From: Massalongia carnosa
Taxonomy: Eukaryota
Reading direction: 5' to 3'
NCBI GenBank assembly: GCA_965645245.1
Contig: OZ287073.1
Location: 1,860,001-1,924,000 of the forward strand
Length of the DNA: 64,000 bases
A program made the translations under genes and the position numbers. The notes below the pieces were generated by a model. It was given only the letters and a program-made list of their open reading frames with translations, was not told the origin of the DNA and did no database searches. This document shows positions 35,119 through 48,114 of this stretch, one piece after another. How positions within the stretch are numbered: position 1 is the stretch's first letter; the number at the start of each line of letters is the position of its first letter.

Positions 35119-37288
35119 ATGGACGATCCTATAGCGTCGATAACTCGCGAGCAGGTGACGACCGTGATTTTAAGTAAATTCGGCTTTTATCCAAAGAATG
35201 AGCAAGTTGACGCTATCATGACTTTAGCACAAGATCAAAAGGATCTGATATTTATCGCCAAGACTGGATTTGGAAAGAGTATTATCTTTCAAGCTATGCC
35301 ATTAATGTTCTCTTGTCTTAAGATCGCTTTAATTATCATGCCTCTCAAGACCTTAGAAGCTCAACAGTGCAAGAAATTGAGCGTTATCGAGGGATGCAAG
35401 CCTTTCGTGTTGGACGGTGATAGTAATAATTCTTCTAATTTAAAGTTAATTCGTGAAAACAATTATACGCATGGTGTGTATTCAAATTATGATTGAGATA
35501 AATATAAAAACTTACTCGTTAATATGAATAGTTTTTACTAGCCCAGAGATAGCGACGTCAAAGCTGTTTAATCAGGAGGTTCTGAGGCATCCAAGTTTCT
35601 TCTTGAATTTATGTCTTTTAGCTCTTGATGAGATGCATCTTGTATCCGAATGGCGAGATTTCCGGCCCGAATACTTCAATCTCGGTGTGCTTCGTACACG
35701 ATTACCAGATGGTATTCCTTTTCTGGGTGCGTCTGCAACGCTGGATCCAAGAACCCTAGAGAGCGTTAAAGATCGCTATGGCTTTGATAACGAAAGTACT
35801 GTTATTCAAACAGCGCTTGATCGTCCAGAGATATACATACAGACAAGCAGTCTACAGCGGCCTATGAACAGCATGATCGATCTTCAACATCTTTTACCAA
35901 CACGGGCTGAGAGTCCTTTTGATATTCCGAAAACGATTATCTTCATGGATTCAATTTCATCTATCAAAAAGGCGTGTGCGCTAATGAAAGTATGGATGAA
36001 TCAATTGTCCTATCCAATTGAGGCTGCTAGTTGGGTCGCGCCTTTCTTTTCCGACATGGCCACCCAAGACAAAGAAAGGATTGCGGCTCGCTTCGAAATG
36101 CCCTCGAATCAATGTAAATTTCCTCGAATCCTGATCGCAACGGATGCATACGGGCTTGGTATTGATAATCCAGACGTTATGAGAGTTACGCAATGGCTGC
36201 TACCCTCGTCAATGGCGAAGCTATACCAACGTTTAGGTCGTGCTTTGCGTTGCGGTCGAGGACAGGCGCATTTTACTCTTTTGCATCCTTCTTGGTGCAT
36301 GGGTCCAAGAAGCGGATCAAAAATGGACGAACAGGACGGATATGACGCGGGAATCGAGATTGAATCCAAGGCCAGTAAACGCCGCATCAATCAAAAGGAT
36401 GCTGATCGGCGACGAGATATGCCACCGGGTCTTTGGGAGATAATCAATGTGCCTTCAGATGGTTGCGTTCGAGGTATTGGCTTGAATTTCTTCAATGATA
36501 AGGTGTATCCAACGTCGGCCTATGTTAAGCCGCAACCTTGCTGTTCAATTTGCGATCCAAGTTTTCAGACATCAACAGCCGCCAATGAGATGTTAAATAG
36601 AACGGCCGAGCGTGACTCGTCTAGGCGGCCTTGGTTCACCCTTAAACTTCGAGAATGGAGGGAGGCCAAGGCGCAGGAAAAGTTCCCAAATTCACATATG
36701 CGATACTTCCCATCATTGATAATGCCCGATGAGGTACTGAATTCTTTGACCACTTGGGCGGATCAGATTGTGGACGAGCCCACCATGCGGCGATGGATTG
36801 GTAACACATGGACTGGTATTAGGCCCTACGGCGCCGAGCTTTTAGAAATTTTAAAGCGGGGTCAACCAATGAGATTAGACGAGGGAGACATGTTCGAGGA
36901 ATGGAAACGACACAACGACATAAAGAGAAAACGATTACCCAGCCTAACATGCAACTCCGCCAGTATTGAATTTGAGGAACGGAGGAAAAACTGGATGATC
37001 AAACAAGGATATATGTCGAGAAAGGTTTTTAAAAAGCGAAATGCGGTCAAGAAGAAAGTCTCGAAGGAAAGCGAGAGCACGGAGCCATCGGGCGAGAATC
37101 CTGCGCCTAATCACAATATCTCCGATGCGGCGCTCGTTGTTGACAATGTTGATGCTCTTAAATCATCGATGAAGGCATCAAAGACCAAAAAAGCGCCTCG
37201 AGATCCTATGGAAGCGTTGTCGCTGAATGTACCCATGGCCCTTCCTCCGACACGATCTAGACAAGAAAGAAAGTGCCCCGTCCGCTAG
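35119..37288 (+). CDS. RecQ-like superfamily 2 helicase, two exons (35119-35473 and 35532-37288)
   Basis: Walker A AKTGFGKS, VFTSPE, DEMH, SAT, ATDAYGLGID, QRLGRALR, Cys cluster CVR...CCSICD, HRDC-like LREWRE region. Confidence 0.9.
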
Positions 37289-37353
37289 CTCTGACTCTGT
37301 AAAGCCGCGCGGCGCGGATTTACATGACTAGGCTATCTCGTGGTATCGATGAT

Positions 37354-40300
37354 TTAATCAAAAAACATACCGCCGGATATCTCGAGACGGGCCATTGAAA
37401 TGACAGGGCTGTCGGGGACCTGCTTTGTTTCATTGACAAAATCGGGCTCGGCTTCATACTTACCCTCAAGGTCGTCTGTTGAAATTTCTTTTGAAATTTC
37501 TTCGGAAAGATACTGCTGATTGTATTTTAATACATTTTCTCCAAGTTTCTTCAATCCCTCAACATAAAGATTAGCTGTTGGATTAGTTGAAAATCGATCA
37601 TAGCTTCTTTTACCTAGTTCGGCTATGCTGAGAGCTAGTGCGTCGTTAATCGAGACAGCTCCCGCTTTGATTTCGGCACCGCATGGATCTCTCGGACGGC
37701 ATAGATGTCTCAGCACCATAAGGATGTCTCAGCACGGCATAGAGATCTTAGCACCGCATCGATCCTTCGGACGACAGTTAGGTTTCGGATTTGTGTATGC
37801 CTTGCTATGGGCCGCGTTGATGGGGCATACTGGGATGGTAGAGTAGGACAAGGAGAATAGGAAGAAGATATATAAAGAGGAGGTCCCAGACGGTATCCCT
37901 CATCATCTCACATCTCAAGACAATCAAAAAGCATAGCATTTTGATAGCACTGTTTGCAACGTTTTCTTTCCCACCCACCCACTCCAGTTCTTCTGTCGCT
38001 TAGATAGAGGGAGTCTGTTCACAGCCCAAGGCCTGCGAGAGGGTCTTACATTAGTAGACAGCAAGGCCCTTATCGAGTCCCCCTCTCGAGGCCGGGGGCT
38101 GTGAGCAATAGCCCAAACATACTTAGTAGCAATATAACGAGATTGACACGAACTAGAGAGTGATTTATGCGCTAGTGCCGTAGCCATGCCCCACACATCC
38201 TCTGCGGCCGATTTTGCTGGATGCCTTGAAGAGTTGACTCTTCCAAAGTAAAACTCAACGATTTCTTTGAGCTTCATAAGATATGGACCGTTGAGTGCCC
38301 AGTTCTCGAGCAAGGTGTCACTATACTTTGAAAAATAAGATCGCTCGTGCTGGAACGTCTTGAGGTTATTGTTTAGTATCTCTAAAAGCCGATCAGTCTC
38401 AAAACTCGACTCTTCGTCACCGCGTAAATTGACAAGACTATTCATTAAAATACTTTCCTGTAGCCTTATGGTCGCTGCGGAAGAATCAATCGCATGAAGG
38501 GTGTATAGAAGAGCTTGCGCATATTTCGGGGTGCCAGCTACGCTTGCCTGAAAGATCACCGTTGCGTGGCGCAATGCGTGACGAAGTAGTCCAATATCCG
38601 CATATTTGATTGCGTATCGAAGTGTTAGATACGATTCAACGTGATCACAGAAGTTCTGATGATTCTGAAATTGTTGATCAAGCGTTGGAGGAAGCATATC
38701 TATTGACGTTGAGGGTAATTCCGCGTGAAGTTTGCGAGATATCCTGCCCAACATATTCATCCAGGTGCCATCCTGCCCGCAAGTCTGCGCTGTGAGCCAC
38801 GAAATAGTTGCTTCGATTCGCTGCGGAGCATATCCATCCTTTCGTAAAAACCTAATCCACGTCCCAACGATTCTAGCTTGATAGCTCTGAATGATCAGAT
38901 CCTCTAAGGCCTGGAAATCGTTCGGCTGCACGACACGAGCGCGGCCCTACCGATCGGCGGCATATTGAAGAGTCGAAGGATCAACCGGCTGGGCCTCTCC
39001 CCAATGTATTTTATGAATAAGCTGCAGCATGTTAAAGCGAAGATGCCATAACCCTAATCCCGGTAAAATCCAGTCGAACCGATCGAAAGATTGCTCCGAT
39101 ATCCCACGACGTAATTCCTTGACAGATTGCATTCTCGACCATGTCTTGAGGTCACCATAGATAAGCCGAATGACGCTCGCAAACGTCGAGTCATCCTCCT
39201 TGAACTTGAACTGTCGCACAAATATATCCTCCAATATTTGAATATTATTAGATGTTGTGCTCTCATCCTTCATGACTGGTTTGATAGGAATGTAATTGGT
39301 CTTGTATTTTTTCATCTTATTCAGCACGGGCATTGCAGTCGACCAAGGAAGTTGAACGTCGCCGATCTCTGGGCCATAAAGCGCTCGAAATCGCTGACTC
39401 TAGATGATGAAGACGAATCTAGGTACGCGGTGCATTAGCGATTGAGCGCGGTATATACACCTCGTCCTGTATTGAACTCACCTGCATCTCGAGATCACCA
39501 GTCTCCAGCTTTCGCGCAATTCTTTCAGCTGATAAAAGATGCGTGGCGGGGCGCCACATATCCTGCCTCAAAGCGCCGGCATCGAATCCTTGCCCCTGGA
39601 AAATTAGAGCGGTAGTGATTGATCTGACGTCTCTATTATCCCCCGTGCGCTCTCCTCGTTTACCTTCTGCGAAGTCAAAGTTATCGTATGTCAAGATCAT
39701 GTTTGAGCCTTGTCCTAGCATCTGAACCTTTCGTTCGGCCTCCTTAATCAAGGACAACATGCGCCGCTGCAGGGTAGTATATGACATCGTCAGGTCAAAA
39801 TGACAGAGTGTATCTAGAACTCGCCGCCTCGCCCCACCTTGATAAATATAAAGGCCTAAGACGGACTGAATATTGGTCGCCTTATTTGGTCGCAATTTGT
39901 GACAAAGCATTGCCAATATAACGGTGTGCCGGCCGCTGGGAGAATCCAACGTCACATCGAGAGGTTCCTGCGGGCGAGCCTCGCGACAAACACTATCAAT
40001 TAGCTCAAGCCATCGTGGCGCCAACTGCTTGGCGGCAGATGCAGCAAGTTTAATAGCCTCCAAGGTCCCAAACTCGACTGTCGCAGAGGGCGGCTGGAAA
40101 GGGCCAAAGGCTGCGTGATCTGCCAAAGCTTTGATTTCTTCACGAAGCACATCCGCGGCCCAAACCCATCCTCTCTCGCGAAGGATAGTGGATATTCTAC
40201 CAGGCCCAATGAGGCTTGAAAAGTCTTCTTGCCGCACAATATCGACATAGACAAAATCGAAGAGCTGGCCTTGCGCCTTTCGCATACTATGACGGGCTCG

Positions 40301-40576
40301 ATTCTTACAAAGTGTTGATAAAAAATCTTTTACCGACCAATTTAGAGAGCTCAGAAATTTAAGCACCTCAACCAGCTTGTCGTAATCTGATATGCGCCGG
40401 CGGTGGCGTTTCGCGCCTCCATTTTTTTCAGGTAAGGCAGGAGGGGAGGAGGAAGAGGGTGAGCTATCATTACTGCCTGACGGCGATGGGTGGGGCCGCT
40501 TGAGCGCACCGGCGGGAGTCAAGGGACTTGTCCGTAGGTCGGTAAGTGGCGAGGAGGGGCCCCCGACAAGAGCCAT
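37354..40576 (-). pseudogene. Academ-type DDE transposase (DUF6589-like), disrupted
   Basis: Motifs YDNFD, GDLKT, GLWHL, ETDRLLE; intron about 39419-39481, frameshift near 39390, TAG at 38947, insertion about 37625-38148. Confidence 0.78.
37625..38148 (+). repeat. LTR-like insertion in the 3' part of the transposase gene; left boundary uncertain
   Basis: Short tandem repeats, TATATAAAG box, ends TGACA; interrupts protein-like sequence; no TSD found. Confidence 0.5.
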
Positions 40577-41075
40577 GGCTTTCGTCAGATAGCTTCAATC
40601 TAGATAAATCATACAATACCATTGATTGGCCGTCGTTATTCATATCATCATGATCTTTGTAACTCAATGTAATCGCGCCACATGAAAATAATCAGTTCAT
40701 CAACCTCAAAATTGAGCGAAAGCGAACAATTTATCACTTAATCGACTTTCACATCGCTTTTCTTAGCCTGACAGTAGTTATAACACATGATTATCGAGTC
40801 ATCCATCTTGAGAGGTGCGTTTTTGGTATAAAATACAGTCTCTGGTAAACTAATACGACCCTAATCATTGTATTAAATCCATAAAAGGAATGGTTGCACT
40901 GCTAAAATTTTTATTACGCGGATCTGGCCGTAATTTTGAGTTTTGCGCTCAGACGTGCTATCGCACTGATGTTAGTCAGCAGCGACGCTAACCCGAAGGG
41001 GCTTAGCGAAAATAGGCTAACCCGGAGGGGCTTAGCCGGCTCATTGAGCCACGCACGTCTGAGGTACTGAGGCAA

Positions 41076-41499
41076 TCCAGAATCAATCCCGCAGATGAAT
41101 CTGACTAAGCTCCCGTTCCTCTATTCAGCTTAGTCAGTATCTCATTAACTAAATCGAGTTTAGACCCCTCTCAACGGCTTCAGGTCAAAGCTGTACCATC
41201 ATCATCAAAGCGTACCAACGACAGGAGAACCTCATCCCCACCTTTTATCGTCAAACACCTCGTCAAACCTTCGTGCCGTACGTCTCCTAATAGGGGGAGA
41301 TGAACACTGATCGAATCTTCATGCAAAGGGGTTCGAGACAAATATAAAAGGAAGTACAAGTTAATTAGATAGTTGACTCCTTGTCCGACGTCTTGTATAG
41401 CAATCCATCACCTAGCTATAGCCTTATTAATAAAGACATCGTGATCACCCAATCCAATTCCTATGAACATTAGTTCAATCCCCTGCCCAGTCCTTGACA
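41076..41499 (-). repeat. 424-bp LTR-like segment, right arm of the inverted duplication
   Basis: Reverse complement of 34105-34528; ends CCTTGACA. Confidence 0.9.
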
Positions 41500-41670
41500 G
41501 ATAGAAAATGTGCTGACGCCGGTAATCTTTGCGATCTCTTTAGTACTGATGCTGGCCTCAGCTAAGCTCAAAGCTTGCAATCTGAGATCAGTTGGATTTC
41601 ATAATTGCCTTCGAAGATATGATTTTAATTCAGTTATGTAAATAGCTTCAACAATTTCGTTTTTAGACGT

Positions 41671-41945
41671 TGTGGAAGGATAAACTAGGTGGTGTGCGTG
41701 GTCCACTACTGCTTGGAGTGCAAGAGAACAAACAAACAAGAGAAGAACAGAACAATAGAATAAGAACAATAGCTAGACTGATCACTGTAAGCCTCGCGCC
41801 TCGTGCCTGATGCCTCGTGCCTGTGAACTGTATGTGTTGATGCTATATGTTGTAGCTATTACTACGAGCATGCTTGCTCTAAAAGCAAAAGAACTATCTA
41901 TAACTAAACTAAAAGAAAGACTGTCACCTGACTTCCCCGCTACCT
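41671..41945 (+). repeat. LTR-like repeat with a diverged inverted copy at about 55360-55588
   Basis: Shared blocks CCACTACTGCT, CAATAGAATAA.AACAATAGCTAGACT, GCCTCGTGC, CTGTCACCTGACTTCC. Confidence 0.6.
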
Positions 41946-42414
41946 TTACCGAGTATCAGCCGAAAAGAACCAACTCCCGAACCGCTAGCAATTTGAATTT
42001 AGATTATCACCGCTCCAACCCCCTATAACGTTTACAATATTTGCAACTTCAAGCTATAAGGTAAAAATTATGGAAAACTTCATCCCTGCATACAAATTTG
42101 CAGGGGTATAAAAATTGACTGAAAGCCTAAAACCTAGCTGCAAATTTTAGGGGGGACGTAGAATTAATGGTGTCACACTCCGTACACACCCTTACTTTAA
42201 TAATTACCTTTACACTCGTTTGTAGTTACGACAATATCAAATAGAAATCATATACTAGCCCCCTTCGAGTCCCGGCCTCAGTCCTATCGAGTACATGTGG
42301 AAAGGCTGTACAAACGATATCTCGTTTAGTCACGAACGCAAGGAATATGATAGCAGGAACGAACGAATGGAACGATTTGATGCTGAAGAATAAGCATGTG
42401 AAATGGATCAAAAC

Positions 42415-42768
42415 TGTCACGGTGCGAGGTTAGGTAGGAATTCAGGTGGTGCAAACGTGTTACTTGATTGTCTAGCTAGGTGGACAAGACGTTCGACAAG
42501 GAGAAAAGAAACAGAAAATCCAAAGTGGGCGAGTATAAGACTCTGGCGAACGGAACTAGTCCCAATCCAGCCGTTGATCCAATTTCCCCAAGTCCCTAGC
42601 ATGAAACTATCGCCATGACACTATTGATAGTCGGAACACTTACCTTTGCCCTGACTGAACCGGATTAAGCTTAGTTCCTTTCGGATCGGCTAACCGGCTA
42701 GTGCTTCGTTCAAGCAGCTAAAGTTGATCCAATGAACTAACTGGCAGGTTCCCAGTCACTCCATGACA
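42415..42768. repeat. Solo LTR (possibly composite), TSD AAAAC
   Basis: TGTCACGG...CCATGACA with AAAAC on both sides; a second CCATGACA at 42613-42620. Confidence 0.72.
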
Positions 42769-43010
42769 AAAACGATACGGAATAGTTTTCGGGCTTTGAT
42801 TAAAAATCACAGTTTTTTCACCAAATATTGAGTGTAAAATATGCCTCAAATTTTCAGGTTTACTAGTTCATACGTATATCTGACTTCGCTATCAATTGTA
42901 AAAATAATCATGTTGAACTGAAGGTGTAATATTTTTGATTGTTGAGATTGACAGATCGATTTTGATTTTCTCGCTTAATCCGTCAATACATTTCACCCGA
43001 ACCTTCGTAC

Positions 43011-43208
43011 GACTCCTCTGTGTTGCGATGACAACGCCAGCACGGCCGAACTGTACGGATTAGGCGACCCCCTCTTTGATTCTCCAGACGCGAATATAGT
43101 ACGCACCAGATGTCATGTCTCGTCCGGCTTGTTTGGTACTGACCATACAGTATTGTCTTCGTCCACGGGCTCGGCGGCGACGGAGTGAAAACCAACCTGG
43201 ACATGGGA
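43011..43208 (+). pseudogene. Duplicated 5' fragment of the SesB-like hydrolase gene at 51181
   Basis: Close DNA match to 51147-51343 including intron 1 and IVFVHGLGGD; start codon is ACG here. Confidence 0.85.
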
Positions 43209-46200
43209 CCAAACGCTCCCAATGATGGCTTCACTTGAATCAAACCATAAGCCTCGCGGTTCGGGATTCCTCAATGACACCTTCAGAAAATTAGACAACC
43301 TTATCCTATCGGATTGCAGCAGCCCTATTACCCAATTTCGTGCCACGGTCAATAAGCTTCGCACCTTGTCAAGCAAGCTAAGCCTGGACGAAAACTGGCT
43401 TATCTATCGCTTTCATACCAATTTATGCCTCGAATACAACAGCTATTTTGAACGATACGCTCAGGATCATGATCCTTTCAATGAAATGGGTGAACCCAAG
43501 CACACATTAAGTCAGGCTATGCAGCATTTCCAAAACACGGTGACCAACCCAAGCAAGTCCAACGATAAGGCCGTAATCGCAATGGCAGCTGTTTCAAACG
43601 CGGAACTCAACCTGGAACAGCCCATTCTCGAATCATCACCAAGACCATCAAGTATTGCAACCACTGCGGAAAGGACTATCACGTAGAGAGCGAGTGTCAT
43701 GAAAAATATCCACACCTCGTTAACCAAGACTCACGGCGTAAGTCCAATAAGCGTCGCAGGAGTTCCAAAAGTCAAGGTCAAAGTCAAAAGCCAACCGGAA
43801 ACAATGACTCAACCAAAGGAGCCTTCTGCGCCTACATAGCCACCGCGGATATAACCAAAATATTTAAGCTCTAGATCTGTGACTCTGGAACTAGCCAACA
43901 TATTACCCACGATCGCTCCATCTTCACCTCATTCAAGACATCCGATTGCCCACCAATTCAAGGCATTGGAGGAGTATTAATTCCCAAGGAATAGGTAACA
44001 TCATGTTGCTGTGTGCCGGTAACAAGGGTCTTCGGGAGTTCCCTCTTTTCGATGTGTTATACGTTCCGGACGGAGGCCTAAATCTCATTTCCCAAGGACA
44101 ATTACAACGAGATGGATGTCCCCTGAAGATCGTACCAGAGTGAATTGAAATCGGGAACTATGGTATCACTGCTCGCCGCCAGGACAACAATCTGTATACC
44201 CTGAACATGTGGAACGTCTCTGAAGCCGCTCTCGCTCTCGCTGCAATTAATAGCGAGGCGATAAAAATGTAGCACGCTCGTTTAGGCCATCTTGGAAATC
44301 AAAACATTCTCAAGCTCGCTGGCATGTCAAAAGGAATGGACCTCACCAAGCCCCCGCCCCAAGACGCCTGTCCTCCGTGCGCCATCGCTCAGTCCCAAGT
44401 AGAATCACACCGGGCCCCCATCCAACTAGGCAAGCACCCGCTGGAATTAACTCAGCGATGTCTAGGACCTTTCCCAGAAGCCTTGAATGGCGCCAAATAT
44501 TTGGTGACTTTTCTTTGCGATTTCGATAAACGGTCTCACGTCACTTTACTGCGCGTCAAAAGCGGAGTCCTTCAAGGCTTTAAAAACTACAAGAAGCAAA
44601 ACGAATATGTGGACAAACGAGTTAAGCGCTTGCGATCTGACTGCGGGGATGGGTATGACTCCAAAGACTTCGAGAATTTCATAAACGAGCATGGCATTCA
44701 GTGGGAGCCTACCGTACCGGGAAATCCACTCATGAACGGGACAGCCGAGCGCCTAGGTCAAACGCTTCACAAGTTAGCCAGCACCATGCGAGAAGGCGCT
44801 AAACTCGACATCAAATATTGGGCTGAAATGGTTCTCACCGCCAACTACCTACGAAATCGACGACCGACTGCGGGACGCTCCATCACCCCCTATGAGTCTC
44901 ACACCGGCAGCCTACCAGAACTAGGACATCTAAGGATAGATAATAGGATAGACTGGCTATGCGCAAAATCGCAAGCCCTCCACCGGATGGAAGAAATTTC
45001 AGGAACAAACCACCAAATGTACTGTAGTAGGATACGAAGGCGATCACATCTATCGAATGATAAATCCATGGGGCGCGGTCATGCGTTATTCCAATGTTCA
45101 GTGGATAGATAACAATCCCCCAACTCCTCCTTCCTTATCATTCTCTTAAACTAAAAGAGCCCTACATGTTGGACAGTCAGGACCGCCCACGAGAAAGCAA
45201 AAAAATTACCCATCATACGGACGCCCCTCATACGGACTTAGTCGACGCTCATGAATCCATAGAATCAATTCCCACTGGACCTCTCCCACCCAACGCTAGA
45301 CAAGAGGCATTGGCAAACCAACGGCCCATTGAGCCTCGGTCCCAGGCAGATATCCTCTCTAAGCACTCAGAACTTCGTGCCCCCTTGCCTGACCCACTAG
45401 CTTTTTTGGCCCTTCTTGCTAGAGCCAATGACCCGGAGCCATACGAGCCTAAATCCTATAAACAGGCCGTAGACAGTCGGTAAGAAAAGGATTGGCGAAG
45501 GGCAATGCAGGAAGAAATCGACTCTATCAACGGAAATAATACCTGGATCCTCACCTCCCTGCCCTCGGACCGCAAAGCCCTGCGAGGCAAATGGGTTTAT
45601 AAAATCAAACGAGTCCCGGCTGGCGAGATTCTTCGTTACAAGGCTCGATGGGTGGTCAGAGGCTTTGAGCAACGTGAAAGCATTAACTACAATGAGACTT
45701 TTGCTTCAGTAGTGAAGCCAATGAGCTATAAAGTCATCTTCGCTATCGCTGCAGCTAATGACTGGGAAATTCACCAAATGGACGTAAAATCAGCCTTCTT
45801 GTACGGAAGGGTGGACGAGGAAATCTACGTGGAGCAACCAACCGGTCTGGATGACGGGTCAACGAGAGTTTGCAAGTTGAAGAGAGCTCTTTATGGCCTG
45901 AAACAGTCGTCTAGAATCTCGTATGACACGATCACTATTTTTTTCAAGTCTCATGCATGACTTCGTTTGAGTCAATGCCGACCTTAGCGTTTTTGTTAAA
46001 GAAGGGGTTATCGTAGCCATTTATGTCGATGATTTAATCATCACTGGCCCTTCTTCTTCCAAGATACAACGTGTCAAGAAACTGCTGAGCGACGAGTTCT
46101 CGATGTTTAATTTAGGGCCTATCAATTACTACCTGGGCATGACGATAACTCGGGATCGGGCCAACAGGATTCTTCGCCTTGGTCAGTAGGCCTATCTGGA

Positions 46201-47489
46201 AAAAGTAATACGCGACCATGGCATGTGGGACACTTAACCCGTGGCTACCCCGATGGATGGGCGACTGGAGGCTGCACCAGAGGGCCATTAGGCCACAGAT
46301 GACTCTCGCCTCCGCTACCAATCAGCGATGGGCTCTCTCATGTATGCTATGCTAGCCACCAGGCCTGACTTAGCCTACATCGTACCGGTGGTCAGCCGCC
46401 ATGCCTCGAACCCGACCGACACGCACTGGAAGGCAGTCAAACGCATCTTTCGATACATCAAGGGCACTCTTCCGTTGCAGTTAACATACAAAGGTCGCCT
46501 ACAACCCTTGAACTGTTACACTGACGCGGATTGGGCCGGAGATCATCATACCCGAAGGTCTACTACCTCTGGCTTCGTGTTTAATGTTAGTAGTGGCGCT
46601 ATTAGCTTGTCTTCCAAACGACAACTGACCGTAGCCCTATCTTCATGCGAAGTCGAGTACATGGGTCAGGCCCAAGCCACCAAGGAAGCCGCCTGGTTGT
46701 CTAGTCTTCTCGACCAACTCTCAACACCTCAAGTCCTTGGGAATAACTATATCCAAACCCAGAGCACCTCTGTAGCCCTTGCCTACTTGCCTATATCTTT
46801 CGCCCTAAACGCTATCATCATTCACTGCGACAATCAAGGAGCAATGGCTTTGGCCAAAAATCCCCAGGCACACGCGTGGAGCAAGCATATCGACATCCAA
46901 TGGCACTACCAAAGAGAGAAGATCGAAGACAAATTAGTGGAATTTCGCTATGTTCCTACCGAAGAGCAGGTAGCTGTCGGCCTAATCAAGGCCCTACCAA
47001 ACGATAAATTTGTTGTCTTTCGAAGGGCTTTAGGCTTAAAATAAAACCAGAAGCCCTTTGTCGTAAAAATCCGACCTTAACCCCCGAAAAAAAGTATCAC
47101 CCACAGCTGAGCCTGCGGGGGTGTTTTCGTACATCACCAGCAGCATTAGCCTGCGGAGTACACTGACTCACCTGCAGGTGATCCACTAGGAAGCATGATA
47201 TTATACTGGAGTATGTGGGAGTTATTGAATTTCTCTTTATCATGTGGGAGAGCTATTTCAGTGCCTGAGTGGGAGTGTTAGAATGTACAAATCAGGCTAC
47301 TTCATTTCAGCCGCACTCACCTTCTACCGCACGAGTATGGCGCACGCTAACTAATGGCTAGACGTATCGCTAGTCTAATACTAGGATACCGTACATTGTC
47401 TATAAATCTAGTTATTCCCACTATATAGAACAAAAGCAAGCGTTCTATCCTCTATTGACTATATATTACTATACTGCCTTTTGATAACA
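43209..47489 (+). mobile_element. Degenerate, 5'-truncated Ty1/copia element with 3' LTR 47276-47489
   Basis: Fragmented gag/PR/IN/RT/RH (RSDCGDGY, MDVKSAFLYG, YVDD, YTDADWAG), many stops and frameshifts, PPT GAGTGGGAG, LTR TGTTAG...ATAACA. Confidence 0.9.
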
Positions 47490-47663
47490 TCAGGTTCTGA
47501 ACATCAGACGGCCCATTTCCGAAATGCTACTTATGCTACTTTCGGGTTGAAAGATGCAGATATGTCAAGGGACTGTGAACTAAGCTGAGGAGAAGATAAT
47601 TAACCTCGACTATGATTTCCCTTACTGTGGCGGGCTTTATCACGATATGAAGATCAGCCGGTC

Positions 47664-47860
47664 ATGAATGACAACAGGCTTGCAGCGTTCAATGAATACG
47701 AAGTCATCCTGAGAATGATCGAGGATGCTAAATTGGTAGATCTGGAGGCACAAGATCAGCACTGGCGGACAGCGTTAATTTGGGCAGCAGAACTAGGCCA
47801 CGAGAAGGTTGTGGAGATGTTGCTGGACAAGGGCGCGGAGTTGAATGCTCAAGGGAGAGG
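47664..47860 (+). pseudogene. Ankyrin-repeat gene fragment
   Basis: DQHWRTALIWAAELGHEKVVEMLLDKGAELNAQ. Confidence 0.7.
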
Positions 47861-48114
47861 GTTTGACGACTTCCTACTATTTGGAACAGTTAGAGCGCAC
47901 CGCTTAGGCCTCTCTGCTAACGCGGGCGAGTGTAAAACCTAGGGGTAGTCGCGTGCGTCAGCGAGCTCGATAATTCTGTCATTCACGTTCTAAACTTTCA
48001 GCTTTGGAGAAAATAAAAAGTAGTATTCTTACACTGCCTTGTTCATCAACCGCTCAGAAGATCAGGTTAGGTTTCAAGGGTAATAGGATTTAGTTCTGAA
48101 TTATATGAATCGCT

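Larger units (their letters stand above)
34529..41075. mobile_element. AcademH-like DNA transposon (RecQ-like helicase plus DDE transposase, convergent)
   Basis: TIRs starting TTGCCTCAGTACCTCAGACGTG (about 90 bp near-perfect, about 140 bp recognisable); two convergent genes. Confidence 0.85.

Noticed and set aside
35119..37288. Host RecQ/SGS1 or telomere-linked helicase gene
   Set aside because: It lies between TIRs next to a transposase-like gene, and no telomeric repeats are present.
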